Positions 49,755 to 62,212 of a stretch of DNA of 64,000 nucleotides are shown piece after piece. The stretch comes from Amphiscolops sp. MND2022. Lineage: Eukaryota. Under the pieces are notes generated by a model. It was given only the letters and a program-made list of their open reading frames with translations, made no database searches and had not been told where the DNA came from. Position 1 is the stretch's first letter. Every line of letters begins with the position of its first letter. The stretch covers positions 48,114,001 to 48,178,000 of the forward strand of contig OZ076409.1 in assembly GCA_964187785.1 (NCBI GenBank), given 5' to 3'. The position numbers were made by a program, and so were the translations under genes.

Positions 49755-50554
49755 TTATTCATATATATTGAAATTTATTTCCGTTGGTGTTAATTTCATT
49801 CTGTGTTTCATATCAACAAGGACTTTATAGGAATCTTTTTTCAATGACTCCAGAATTGATTGTCTGGTAGATGATTTTAAATCAGACAGATAATATTCAC
49901 CATCTGAAGTAGGTATTGTTTTTCCATACTTTTCCTTTGAATCGGATTCACTGAAAGTTAGATAATTTGCAAAAGCTTGATCGTTATTGGGAAAAGAATC
50001 AAACAAACCTTTGCTATAAAGCAGTTGAATTATGTTGTTAGTTATAGTAATTTTATTTTGATCTAGGCTGTTAAGTATATTATTCATTTCATTTTCATTT
50101 AAAATCATTCCAGCTTGACCCGGCGTTGACATAAACTTTGAGTTACGGACTGTTAACATTTCAAAACTATTGTTGTGAATTACATTTAGTACTTCATTTA
50201 CTAAAGCAGTTCTTTGTTCGGTTAACGATTTTTTCATGTTTTGTTCTAACTTATTTGTGGTTTTTGAAAGGTGTGAAAACTGGGAATAAATATCATTCAT
50301 TAACTTTGTGTTTAATAAAACCTTTTGAATTTCCTGTGGGTTTAGTATTTGGTCTAGCATTTTTTTTCTATTAATTTCTCTTGATTTTCTATGTAATTTT
50401 CAAAATCACGTTGCAAATCTTCTTTTAATTTGGAATGGGTTATTCGGGCTAAATTTTCTTGACTTTTTATCATATCTTTTAGCTCCTGATATTCTCTCAG
50501 TTTTAGCTGTTCGCTAGAATAACCAAACTTATGAAGAGACGGAGTTTCATACAT
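49755..50554 (-). pseudogene. Conserved hypothetical Polinton gene (frameshift near 50360)
   Basis: ORFs 50354-50554 and 49755-50360 together match the intact 55687-56502 ORF. Confidence 0.8.
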
Positions 50555-50599
50555 TTATTAAGACGAAAAAGTTAAAAAGGTGTCGAGAAAATCGTTTCC

Positions 50600-51257
50600 C
50601 GTTGAGATATTAGGCAACTTATCTTAACGCAAAAGCTTAACGCAAAAGCTTAACGCAAAAGCTTACCGCAAAAGCTTAATGCAAGAGCTTAACGCAAAAG
50701 CTTAACGCAAAAGCTTCTCGCGGCTTCCGTCGACCGACACCATGTGCTACAGACGTCCACCGCTCGCAAATTAACTACACAGGATTTTACCTCCCACTGG
50801 TTAATTCACTATAGAGCTCCAGTTTATGTAACACACAATCTTTTCCCCTCCCGAAAGTGTGTCCTGGTAAAGCTCACGTCACTATTGCCAACACTGCTCG
50901 AAAGCGGAGGAAAGGATGACAAATCCTTTTAAGCAATGAGTAACTTGTCAGTAAAAATAATATACTAACTTTCTTATATACCCCCCTCCACTAATGGTGA
51001 AATTAAAATATGCTTTGTCGCGGACTCGAACACGTGTGAAGCTGCGCGAACGTAAAATTCCAGTGGTCTAACCACTGAGCCATTGGAACTAAATTTATGT
51101 CCACGCCAGTTGTTTATATTGCATTGCTTTTACATTGCATTGGTAAAAACGCCACTTTGTTGATTTGTTTTTGGAAAGTGCCTCTAAAGGGGGGGGGGGG
51201 GTTGGTGCTTCTGAAATTTTTTGTTGCTTGGCCCGAATCGGGATTTCGCTTACTACT
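50600..51257 (-). repeat. Right TIR of Polinton 1
   Basis: Inverted copy of the left TIR; 7 x CTTAACGCAAAAG at 50623-50713. Confidence 0.95.
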
Positions 51258-53578
51258 GTCTTCATTTACTAATGATGGCTCAATCGATTGGGCTCAAGAT
51301 GTGTCTCATTCCTTCCAACCTTCTTTTGCAGGTCATTTGTAGCACGTCAGGCCCTTTGCAATATAGTTTTTTGAATATCAACACCCCGTTTTTGGGGTCC
51401 TCTCTTTCTCATAATACTCTCCCAAACAAATGAAATCAAGTTCTGTGTCAAGATGTACCAAGTGATCTCAAATTATGAAAGTGAGATCAAATTTTTGTTC
51501 GTGATTTTTCCTGTCGCTTCATAGTTTTTCTCAGTGATTTCATATTTCTTTCCAATGATTCCAGATCGTATTTCAGTGGCTTGAAATATTATACCAGTGA
51601 TATGAGATCTTTTTTCCAGTGATGCCAGATCTTTCTCCAGTAGTCTTAGACCACCGGACCGAACTATTTGACAGCAATGGATGTTAGGTTCGATAATCCG
51701 CATCCAATCCCTCATTAAAGATGTAGTAGGCATCTTTTCTAGTTCCTCGTTTCTATGGCATGTTGGGGTTGCTGGTTCTCTAACTCTAGAGTAGGAAAGA
51801 ATTACTATTTTTCATTTTCGTAAAACACGAAAAACCTGCGTTTCAGCACAAAATTTCTCTTCATCGTTTTTTGCCGATAGCTACAAGACTCTCTGGGGCG
51901 TACTATCCACTTGGCTAGAGGTTGATGCGAGGTTCTCTGCGTGGTGAATAACTTCCTCTCGGCGTACGTGGTTTCGGGTCCCGCGCTGGATAAATTTTTT
52001 TAATGCAATGAAATGTAGAGGGGTCGCAGACTTGGGGCTTATTTCGACTCAAGGCATCTTTTTCCAAAATTTTGTTGAATCGAAGGTGCGCTTTTGATTT
52101 TTAGCTGTAAAAAACGCGTTTTCCGGGCATAGAGACTTGTTTGGGGCACTTTTAGCTGTTGTTGGTCGTGAGGTTTCTTGCTAGAAAATTATGTTTACCG
52201 AGTCTCATGGCTGACCTCGTTGTTCATTTTTTGGTCCCGTGGTTATGATACGAGTCTTCGCAAACATTATAGCAAGGACCTCAGTTTATGCTGTCTCCGA
52301 ACGATTTTTTACGAATCTTTTTCAACCGAAGTTTTGCAGCTTCAAATTTGTTTGATGTTTTCAGTTTTAAATTTAGTTACGGAGAAAATCGTGTTTGTGA
52401 GATATTCAGTTATGCGAGCGTCTTTTACTATAGAGGTACCAACTCGGAATTTTTCTGTTGTAACAGTAGACAAAAAACACCGCAATGCCAACACTTTTTG
52501 TACTGTTTACTTTAAGCGTTCAAAGTTTATGGAGTTGACCGCATGTTCTTTTATGAAGGGTATCTTTCAAATCTGGAGTTCCTCCGTGTCGCAGGCTCCC
52601 GCCTGTGACGGCACAAAATACACGACTTGTGACGGGAACCAAGATACTGTCCCGGGGATACCACCTATTTATTAAACCTGATTTTTTTGTTCTGTTTAAT
52701 ATGAGCTGATTTAATTCTTATAATGTGGCATTGTGTAACTTCTCCATATTAAAGTGTACTAGTCTGTTAATATTTTGATGAATTGTTAATGTTGATGTAG
52801 ATTGAATTGAAAAGCTGTAAATCAAATTGTAGCAAACTGTGAATTGCACGAATGTACTTTCACGGCAACGCGACTTGTGGCTAAAAATCAGCAAATCAAA
52901 TTCCCCTGTTTCTTGTACAATATGAAAAGTATTGCTTGAATATGCCGGATAAAGCTAATTGACGCAATGGAGCTAATGATGAGTAAGGTTTGAGGCAAAT
53001 AGCCGGTTCCGGCTGAATTCGCTGCCTATCATCTGAATAGCAACAGTGTTTTAATAAGTATTCAGAAACTTCTTATATGTTCTGAAGTGGTCTGTTGTTA
53101 TTATTAAATAGGACGCTTGCTGGTCGTTTGTTCAAAATAGTAAGTACTAAGTCTTTGAGCCTGTTCCGGCAGTCAATTCATGATTGACCATCAATCGAGC
53201 AGCCGAATCAGGCCATTTTGATGTTAGCTCGATAAAAACGAGTTATGCAACCCAATTTGTATTTGCATCCTGTTTATGTATGACGTATATGTATGTCTCG
53301 GTTCATTAGATGCATATTTGAAATGTTTTCGATATCACAGACTCTTTCAAGTAAAACTGATGGTTGTAGTCAGGTGTTAATTTCAGCGATAATCTTATTG
53401 GAATATTTATTTTCTGGTAAGTTGTAGAACAATAATGTGAGTGTCGTTCTGACGGAAGTAAAGATACTCGAAACACTTCCTGAGACACACAAGTGTTGTG
53501 ACTTTTGTTCAGTTCAAACCGCCTATAAATTTGTAACTTTCCGAATATTCTGAAATATTGCAAATTGGTTTATCTTTG

Positions 53579-54130
53579 ATGCCTACTACAAGAAAACATA
53601 AGAATAAAGCTAAATAATCAAGAGAGGCAGTTATGATTTTTGACCATAAAAATGGATGTGATAATCGGTAGAGATCAATATGAGAGAAAAGAAAGTGAGC
53701 TTGGTGATTCTGCTAGGAGAAAAAAAGTCCAAATTATGAATTCCTAATTGATCACAACTTGAACAGAAACTCAAACTGTAGAGAAAAGTAGGTTAGGAGA
53801 TTTGCCGGAAATGGGTAACTTGCTAGTAAAATCAGTTCAGACAAAAATCACTTGTCAGGAGCACTTAATAGACGAATAACACAAAAATGAATGGGTTGTT
53901 AGACAATGTTATTCTACAAATCCAAAGAGCAATCAGCGAGGCCATGAATGAACAAGTTTTGCCCCAATTGGAGGCTTTACTTAGGTCCTTGAGCGGGCAA
54001 AGTGCCCAACAGGAACGGAATGTTCCCTTTGAGAGATCGGAATGGAAGTCCGAAAATGTCTTTAACCGCAATGTTAGATGCAGTTCGAGGGATGAGTTCT
54101 CCATTCTTCGAATTTTGATGAAGATCGTGA
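53579..54130 (+). pseudogene. Decayed gag-like fragment (third copy)
   Basis: MPTTRKHKNKAK*SREAVM...IQRAISEAMNEQVLPQLEALLRSLSGQ. Confidence 0.4.
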
Positions 54131-55248
54131 GGAAGCACATGAGCTCGGGCAATGTTTTCTTTATGACCACAGTTATCATTTGTTGCTTGATTGATTTTGT
54201 GCTCTCCTATTTCATTGACAACTCTTTCGATTGACAACTCTTTTCGAGCAAAAGTTTTGGACTTCGTGAGTGAAATGTGGAGATTCATTGAGTTGGGAGA
54301 AAATTGAAGCAGGTGTTTGCGGAAATTTTGCATGTTTTGAATTGAATAAAAAACTGATGTTTCCCCTTATTGAACTAACCAACAGATGCTGATACTCCTT
54401 CTCTTACAACTTATTGTGGATATAACCTCATATTGATCAAAATAACAAGTTCGCATTTCAATTGTTATTCTAACGAATTACACGGCTTCACAAAATTATA
54501 AATATACTTCACAAGGCTCAAATAACAATCTGACAGCAATGTTTTGTCGTATACTGCGTTCGTCAAAAATCCGAGTGCATTATATTGAATTATATTTAAG
54601 TATGGTGGATTAGTACTGTTTTAGAAACAAGCTGGGACCGCCGTCCGAAGTCGACGCTCCGCTCAAATTTCAAAAAACCATGTTTCTGGAAATAATGCAA
54701 AATACACTATGGTTTGAATGTTATCAATTTCGCAGTGCCACGACATGCCCTCAAAGAACGCATAGGGCTCGAAAATCACTTTTTCCCCAACTGAAAACGA
54801 CAAAATAAAACATTTTTCCGATTTTTTTCTTCGGAAAGAAGTCTCATAATGCCAAAAATGGAGCTTTAGAGAGAAACTACTCAGAGAACTTTTATCAAAT
54901 CTATAGTACCAAAAATATACAGTAGGGATACGCATCAGACTCGGAAACCGAGTTCTCCGGAGCTCGAAACAAAACAATTATAGTAGTAGTGGAAATCCCG
55001 ATACTGGCCACAAAAACTCCAAAAATTAAAAGTACTCAAAACCATTGATTTTAAGGACTTTTTAGAAAACATATCATTAAAAACAATGGTTTTCCGATAC
55101 TGGCCAACAAAACCCCAAAAATTAAAAGTCCGCGAAGCTACGCCAAAACCATTGATTTTAAGGACTTTTTAGAAAACATATCATCAAAAACAGTGTTTTT
55201 GCCATGAAGCAAAATTCACTAACCTCTATAGTTTAATGTCAACGTTGC

Positions 55249-55367
55249 AACCAGCGCTAATGTACAACCAGCGTTAATGTACAACCAGCGTTAATGTACA
55301 GCCAACGTTAATGTACAGCCAACGTTAATGTACAACCAACGTTAATGTACAGCCAGCGTTAATGTAC
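55249..55367. repeat. 7 x 17-bp tandem repeat (AACCAGCGTTAATGTAC) in the terminal region of element 2
   Basis: Read directly from the sequence; a ~95-bp duplication precedes it at ~54998-55200. Confidence 0.9.
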
Positions 55368-55412
55368 CGGCGCATACGTTATTCTTACATAACTCCAACT
55401 AACATTGATTCG

Positions 55413-55658
55413 TCTCCCATAGCTTAGTGGTTATAGCATTGACTAAAGTTAAGGCTTCGGCCGGAGTGTTTGGGGTTCACTTCTATCCAACGTCCCCCAG
55501 TCTTTGTTACAACTTACATGCTATGGGAGAATAATCACCAATGGCACAGTTCTTAAAAAGGATAATCCCTGCTGTGGAAACTCTTAGTGGAACGGACTCC
55601 CGATGGGCTTTGAGTTTACCATAGGTATGCCAATACCAATGGCATGCCTATGGGTTTT
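55413..55658 (+). ncRNA. Putative structured tRNA-like/Pol III RNA in the terminal region of element 2
   Basis: TCTCCCA-TAGCTTAGTGGTTATAGC (A-box/D-arm); GGC-TTCG-GCC hairpin; 11-bp closing stem with GCTATGGGAGA (55520-55530); 14-bp 3' hairpin (55619-55653) directly before the first TTTT. Confidence 0.55.
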
Positions 55659-55686
55659 GTATTTTTCAACTTTTTCATCTTAATAA

Positions 55687-56502
55687 ATGTATGAAACTCC
55701 GTCTCTTCATAAGTTTGGTTTTTCTAGTGAACAGCTAAAACTGAGGGAATATCAGGAGCTAAAAGATATGATAAAAAGTCAAGAAAAATTAGCCCAAATA
55801 GCACATCCCAAATTGAAAGAAGATTTGCAACGCGATTTTGAAAATGACATAGAAAATCAAGTAGAAGAAAAAATGCTAGACGCGGTAGCTATCGCGAAGG
55901 CGCATCAAACACTAGACCCACAGGAAATTCAAGATGTTTTATTAAACACAAAGTTAATGAATGATATTTATTCCCAGTTTTCAGACCTTTCAAAAACCAT
56001 AAATAAATTAGAACAAAATATGAAAAAATCTTTCGCCGAACAAAGAACTGCTTTAGTAAATGAGGTACTAAATTTAATACACAACAAAAGTTTTGAAATG
56101 TTAACAGTCCGTAATTTAAAGTTTATGAGTCAGGCGGGTCAAGCTGGAATGATTTTAAATGAAGATGAAATAGATAATATTCTTAATAGCCTAGATCAAA
56201 ATAAAATTACTATAACTAACAACATAATTCAACTGCTTTATGACAAAGGTTTGTTCAATTCCTTTCCCAATAAAGATCAAGCTTTTGCAAATTATCTAAC
56301 TTTCAGTGAAACATACTTATCGGAGAAGTGTGGAAAAACAAAACCTACTTCAGATGGTGAATATTATCTGTCTGATTTCGATTATTATACCAGAGAAAGT
56401 ATTTTGAAGTCATTGAAAAAAGATTCCTGTATAGATATAGTTGATAAGAAACACAGAATGAAATTAACACCAACGGAAATAAGTTTCGTTTTATATGAAT
56501 AA
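55687..56502 (+). CDS. Conserved hypothetical Polinton protein, 271 aa, intact
   Basis: Open ORF with TAAATG start; close homolog of 49755-50554. Confidence 0.8.
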   Translation: MYETPSLHKFGFSSEQLKLREYQELKDMIKSQEKLAQIAHPKLKEDLQRDFENDIENQVEEKMLDAVAIAKAHQTLDPQEIQDVLLNTKLMNDIYSQFSDLSKTINKLEQNMKKSFAEQRTALVNEVLNLIHNKSFEMLTVRNLKFMSQAGQAGMILNEDEIDNILNSLDQNKITITNNIIQLLYDKGLFNSFPNKDQAFANYLTFSETYLSEKCGKTKPTSDGEYYLSDFDYYTRESILKSLKKDSCIDIVDKKHRMKLTPTEISFVLYE

Positions 56503-56505
56503 TAA

Positions 56506-57097
56506 TTGGAACAAAAACTCTATCCCTCAGCGCCCTATTTAAATAGCGATGTAGAATCAGTGATAAATAAGCAATTATCAAAAGTATGTAGTTTCGATAA
56601 TTCTGTTCAAAATATCATGATGATGATGGCGATGAAATTTTATGAGTTGGAAAAAAATATATAAGCAAAAATTCACCAAATAGAAACTAATAAATAACCT
56701 AATTAACTCGACAGATGGTCTTATAACAATAGGAACAACTTCAGCATCCGTTACACTAAGTATTGCTGGTGTGGGCATTATAGTTGTTCCAATCACTGCA
56801 GGAGTTGGTTGTGCAACTGGTATTCTTGGTAAAATTTGTTCCAGTTATTTGAAGAAAAAGGAGCAAATTATAAACTTAAGTACACTTTAATTCAGAAGAC
56901 ACATGGTGACTTTGGACAACTTCATGTCACAAGCCTAAAAGATAACCATATAGATGAAAAAGAATAACATCGATTGATTTGTGAATATGTATGAAAGTTA
57001 TCGTGCAGCTTCGCGCGCAGCTTCACAATCACAAAGTAAAAAAATTCAACAAGCGACAAACAAGCTTGATACACCAAAACTAACCGTCGTTTTATAA
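56506..57097 (+). pseudogene. Membrane protein homolog of 49125-49751 (decayed)
   Basis: EQKLYPS...GTTSASVTLSIAGVGIIVVPITAGVGCATG, with stops and frameshifts. Confidence 0.75.
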
Positions 57098-57193
57098 TGA
57101 AGGTATCCCATTTTAACAACTGTTTTAACATAAAAAAGCAAAACAATTTGAAAAATATTTCGCTATTAAATTCGTAAATTTTTAATTAAAAAA

Positions 57194-60100
57194 ATGGAGA
57201 TTTGTAGTATTTGTATTTCTGATTTAAAAAATCCCTTAAGCCTGATCATCTAAAATCAGTAAAACATTTGGAAAAAAATATCAATATTTTTGTTTAAAAT
57301 ATAATATATTTCTGCCTCTATCAGGCAAGTCAAATCATCTAAATTCAAATGATCACAAGAATAAAACCAAACATCAACACATTTGGTGTGAAGATTGTGG
57401 TAAAAGTATGTGGTATATTGTGGTATAAGTGACAAAACAAGACATATCCAAAGAAAAAGTATTTCACAAATGGGTTAAATCAGATATTAATTACAATCAC
57501 ACATTCCCTGATCATACAATTCACAACACATTAATGCAGAAATTAGATGATGAACATTTAGAAGGATCAGGTTTTGTGGTAAACGGTATTGTCAATGTTA
57601 TATTAGAAATATACAAAGTCAATGATATTCAAGCATCTTCGTGGATTGAATTACCACCAAAGTAAAAGAATAGTCAATCAATTATAAACATTGAAAAAAA
57701 TTGATCAATTTTGTTTTCTATGGTGCATCCTAGCATATCTATATCCCGTTGAAGACAATAAAAAAATAACTTCAAAATATGCTATGTATATACCTACTTT
57801 ATGTACCAAAGGTTAAGAATTCCCTATGAAAGGTAAAGACATTCTCAAGTTCGAAAACTCAAATAATTTAAACGTAAATGATTTTGAACCCACAAAGAGT
57901 GTGCTAACACACCTATCCTCATTAACAAAAAATACTTACAAACACAAATAGACTTGCTGCAATTTGAAAATCATTATTGCCTAATAACAAAATTGCCTTG
58001 TCTAAAAAATAAAAATTCACACATGAAATGGGTGTGTAGAAGATGTCTAACAGCATTTAGTTTAGAACAACTTTTATTCGATCATACATCTCGTTGTATA
58101 AATCAACAACCAACTAATATCACATTCAGTTGAAAGGATCACTTAAAATTCGAAGACTACCACATGAAGATACCACTCATAATTTGAGTATATGCGGATT
58201 TCGAATGTAATAATCAATCCACAAGAAACGACCAGAAGGTATTATTTGAACAAATTCCAATTGCAGTAGGATTTTATTCAATAACACCATCTGGAATTTG
58301 CTATTACTCATACTTCGGCGAAAGCTGCGTAACATGGTTTGTAAAAGAAACATTTTCATTAGAAACAATTGCTTGTAACTGTTTCAGAACCAATATTCTT
58401 CTTAAAGTGACCCCCGAAGAAGAAGAAGAATCATTTCAACACTCCAACATATGTTGGCTTTGTGAATATCCACTTGGTGGTACGCAAGGCGCGCGCAGCT
58501 TCGCATCCAATGATAAAGTTCGAGATCATGATCATCTTACAGGCAAGTACCGAGGAGCAGCTCACAACAGGTGTAATTTGAATTGAAAAAAAGTCATCAA
58601 GTTTTGTTCCCATATTTTTCCACAACTTTTCGGGGTACGATTGTCATTTAATTTTTGAAGAACTCTTAACATCAGCTTAAAATCTAAAGTTACCAATAAA
58701 TATTATACCAAAGTCAATGGAAAATTATGTGTGTGTGCAAGTAGGTTGTTTAAGGTTTTTAGATTCATACAGATTTTTGAGTAGTAGTCTACAAAAACTT
58801 ATAACATCATTAAATGATTTTCCTTATATGCCAAATGAGGGCCTAACTGATGATTTTTTAAAGAAAAAACTAGCTTATCCATACGAAAAATTCAATCTTA
58901 ACAACCTGCATGAACCACTAAATCTAACAAAAGAGGACTATTGGTCAACATTAACACAATCTCACCCATGTGAGGATTATATAAAAAGAACCCAACAACT
59001 GATTGACACTTACAACATTACAACAGCACAAGAACTAACAGAATTGTACTTTAAAATGGATGTACTACAACTCACTGACGTGTTCGAAAACTTTGTTGAG
59101 AAGTCTACACTTGAATACGGCATCAATCCTTTGTACAGTTACTCTTTACCTGGTTATACATGGAAAGTTGGTTTAAAACTTACTAAAATTAAATTAGATT
59201 TCATAAAAGACAAACAGTTATTATTACTACTTGAAAACAATATTCGCGGAGGAATTTCAAGTGTAATGGGACCCAGATTCATTGAGTCAAATGAAAATAC
59301 TAAATTACTGTACATTGATGCAAATAACTTGTATGGATGGGCAATGAGTCAATACCTTTCTACTGGAGACTTTAAAAAGATGCAAAACTGTCACGAAGCT
59401 AGGCAATATGATTCTACACTGATGAATGAAATTACAGAAGACATTTTGAATACACCAGATGACAATGAATTTGGATACTTTATAGAATGTGATTTAGAAT
59501 ATCCAGCAGAAATTAAAGAAAAAACCGAAAACTTTCCACTTTGTCCTTATCAAACAAAAGCCGATCCAAATCTTTTCTCAGAATACATGAACAGTGTAAA
59601 ACAATCCAACTACAAACCAACCGAGAAACTTATGTGTGACCTAACAAATAAATATAATTATATGATGCACTACATGATGTTCAAGTTTTACACCCAGATC
59701 GGGATGAAAGTAACAAAGATTCACACAATCTACCGGTTCAAACAATCACTTTGGTTAGAAAAATACATTAATCATAACACACAAAAACGCACCAAAGCAA
59801 AAACAAACTTTGAAAAGGATTTGTACAAATTAATGAACAACGCTTTCTTTGGTAAGACTATGGAAAATGTTAGAGACCCGACTAATTTAGAGTTTATCCC
59901 TCACACCAATATTGATCAAATAATAAAAAGACAATCGAAGCTTTAAAAGAATCACTAATAATTACTCCGAATTCAGTGTTTACAAGTTTGATAAGGAAAA
60001 AGTAATTTTTGATAAACCAATATACTTGGGGTTTAGTGTTTTAGAACTGAGTAAATTGTTAATGTATGAGTTTTATTATCACAAATTACAACCATATTAT

Positions 60101-60775
60101 AACAATAAAATTAAACTGCATTACATGGATACAGACTCATTCATTCTAAGTATTAAAACTGGAGACCTTATAAATGATTTGGAATACTTCAAAGATGATT
60201 TTGATTTCAGCGAGCTCGACCCAAGTCATGAGTTGTACAACTCAATCAACAAGAAAGTTATAGGTAAAATGAAAATAGAAACATCACCAATTATTGAATT
60301 AGACAACTTCGTAGCTTTGAGATCTAAATCATATTCTTTTAGCTATGGAAGCACAGTTCAGAAAGCAACGCAAAAGTCAAAACAAAAAGGAATACAACAT
60401 ACACCAATTTATTCACAATTTATAAATTCATTATTTAACTCTGAAACAACAACTGCAACTAATTATTCTATTAGAAGTAATGCTCACAACTTAACTGTTC
60501 AGAAACAAGATAAGCTAGCTTTGAATCCTTTTGATGACAAGCGTATGTACTTGAATCCAATACAAAGTTTATCATGGGATAAACACACACAAAAAGGTGA
60601 TTGTCCTTGTATACTTTGTATAAAATTAGTTTGTTTGTATTACACCGAACTGAGCACAAAGGATGGCACAAGCCTCCCAGATGAAGAAATATGCTATAAC
60701 ATTTGGACTCTGAAAGAAAAATTGAATCATCAACAGCTTTTAAATCTGATAAGTGATCGGGCCCATTTATTGTGA
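57194..60775 (+). pseudogene. polB: Protein-primed PolB of element 2 (fragmented)
   Basis: FHNFSGYDCH, YIDANNLYG, KLMNNAFFGKTMEN, YMDTDS and FDDKR motifs; endonuclease VII-like RDHDHLTGKYRGAAH. Confidence 0.93.
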
Positions 60776-60899
60776 TAACTATCGTGATAACTGGTGTGAC
60801 GCGTAGCTTCGCGATAGCTTTCGCACACACACCCATTATTTTAACATTATTTTAACATTATTATCACGTTAGTTATCACATCATTAGTCTCATATCAAA

Positions 60900-62143
60900 T
60901 CAAACGAGGTCAAAATGCCTTTGCCCATCACTACTAATACTTATTAGTTTTGGGGTTAATACAAGTGCATAAGCTATATAATCTGCTACATCAATGGCAG
61001 CATTAAATTTAAACTCTAAACGGATTGGTTGACTCGCAATGATATCCCTTTGTTTGCTGAGGTCAAATACATAAAAATTATAATTTGTTCTGAATTTGTT
61101 CAAATCAATAAATGGGTTGAGTAAGTTAGTTTCACTATTCAAGTGACAAAAGTTTTCAATTTCACTATATGCTTGATCATATTTGTCGCGGTCGTAATCA
61201 CATTCTATCCCATCATCGGGATATTTTTCTGATCCTATTTTACAAACAGCATTACTAATTGGCAACCGGTCAAACACTGCATTATCATGAACCAGAGAAT
61301 CAATTTTATTTCTAGCTTGAAATCCAACAATCACAAAAGTTGGAGTCTTTTGCGCAGCTTCGCCTCCACTGCTGCCTAATTCAAATGTCCAATTCGAATT
61401 CGTGTTAACATCTTTTCTAAAAATAATTCGTTCCGTGTAACTCAATTCGGTTGGATCTTTATTTAGAATTTGGTCCATGACAAGTTGTTGGTTTTCGATA
61501 CTGGGAACATAGTGTGGGATATACCAACCAATGTCTTTAAGAACCACTTTTGCAGCATCCACTCCAACACTTCTTAAAATGGTGTCATTGTTAGTGTTCC
61601 GTTTTAAAGTAAGAGTGTAGCCCAACCCATAAGTTATTTTTCTTGATCAGCAAATCCAAAGTCTTTTAGTTTTATTCTCACAAAAAAGGTTCCTTTCTCA
61701 TTTTTGTTGTTTGTTAGTTCTTGTCTTCTGACACTCAAATTTTCTTCAAACCCATACAATAACTGGGAAGTTTGACTAGTGCTTGTTAGAAGTTTATACA
61801 TTAAAGGAATCAAGTGTAAATTGTCAACTTTTTCTAGGTGTTTCCCATTAGAAGTTGTTAATTTGGCTTCACTAAATAGAGAGATTGGCCCAAAGTTAAC
61901 CAATCCAATTTCATCACCATCAGCAAATCTTGTATTATTGTTTTAAAGTACTTCAAATTCTAGACTTTTGAAACTATTTTGTAAACATATGTATGCATCT
62001 TCTCTTGGCAAACTGACACTTATATTCGAGTTTGCGTTATTGACTGTCGCCAAACTACTTGGACTATACTATATGAAATCAATTTTATGAATAGGTTTTT
62101 CAAGAGTGTATTTATTTTTTAAAGAAAACATATCTGTGTTCAT
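60900..62143 (-). pseudogene. DJR major capsid protein of element 2 (frameshifted)
   Basis: ORFs 61634-61903 and 60900-61625 are colinear with 43826-45050. Confidence 0.8.
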
Positions 62144-62212
62144 TTATAATAAAAAATTATTGCGAAAGCTCCGCGAAAGCTCTGTAAAACTATGTGGGCA
62201 CAGTTTCGCAAA

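Larger units (their letters stand above)
30499..51257. mobile_element. Polinton/Maverick (adintovirus-like endogenous dsDNA virus), element 1; complete ends, decayed genes
   Basis: Termini AGTAGT...ACTACT; ~600-660-bp TIRs; 6-bp TSD GTCTTC (30493-30498, 51258-51263). Encodes pPolB, rve integrase, DJR MCP, penton, adenain-like protease and ATPases. About 14.3 kb after removing the BEL insert. Confidence 0.97.
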
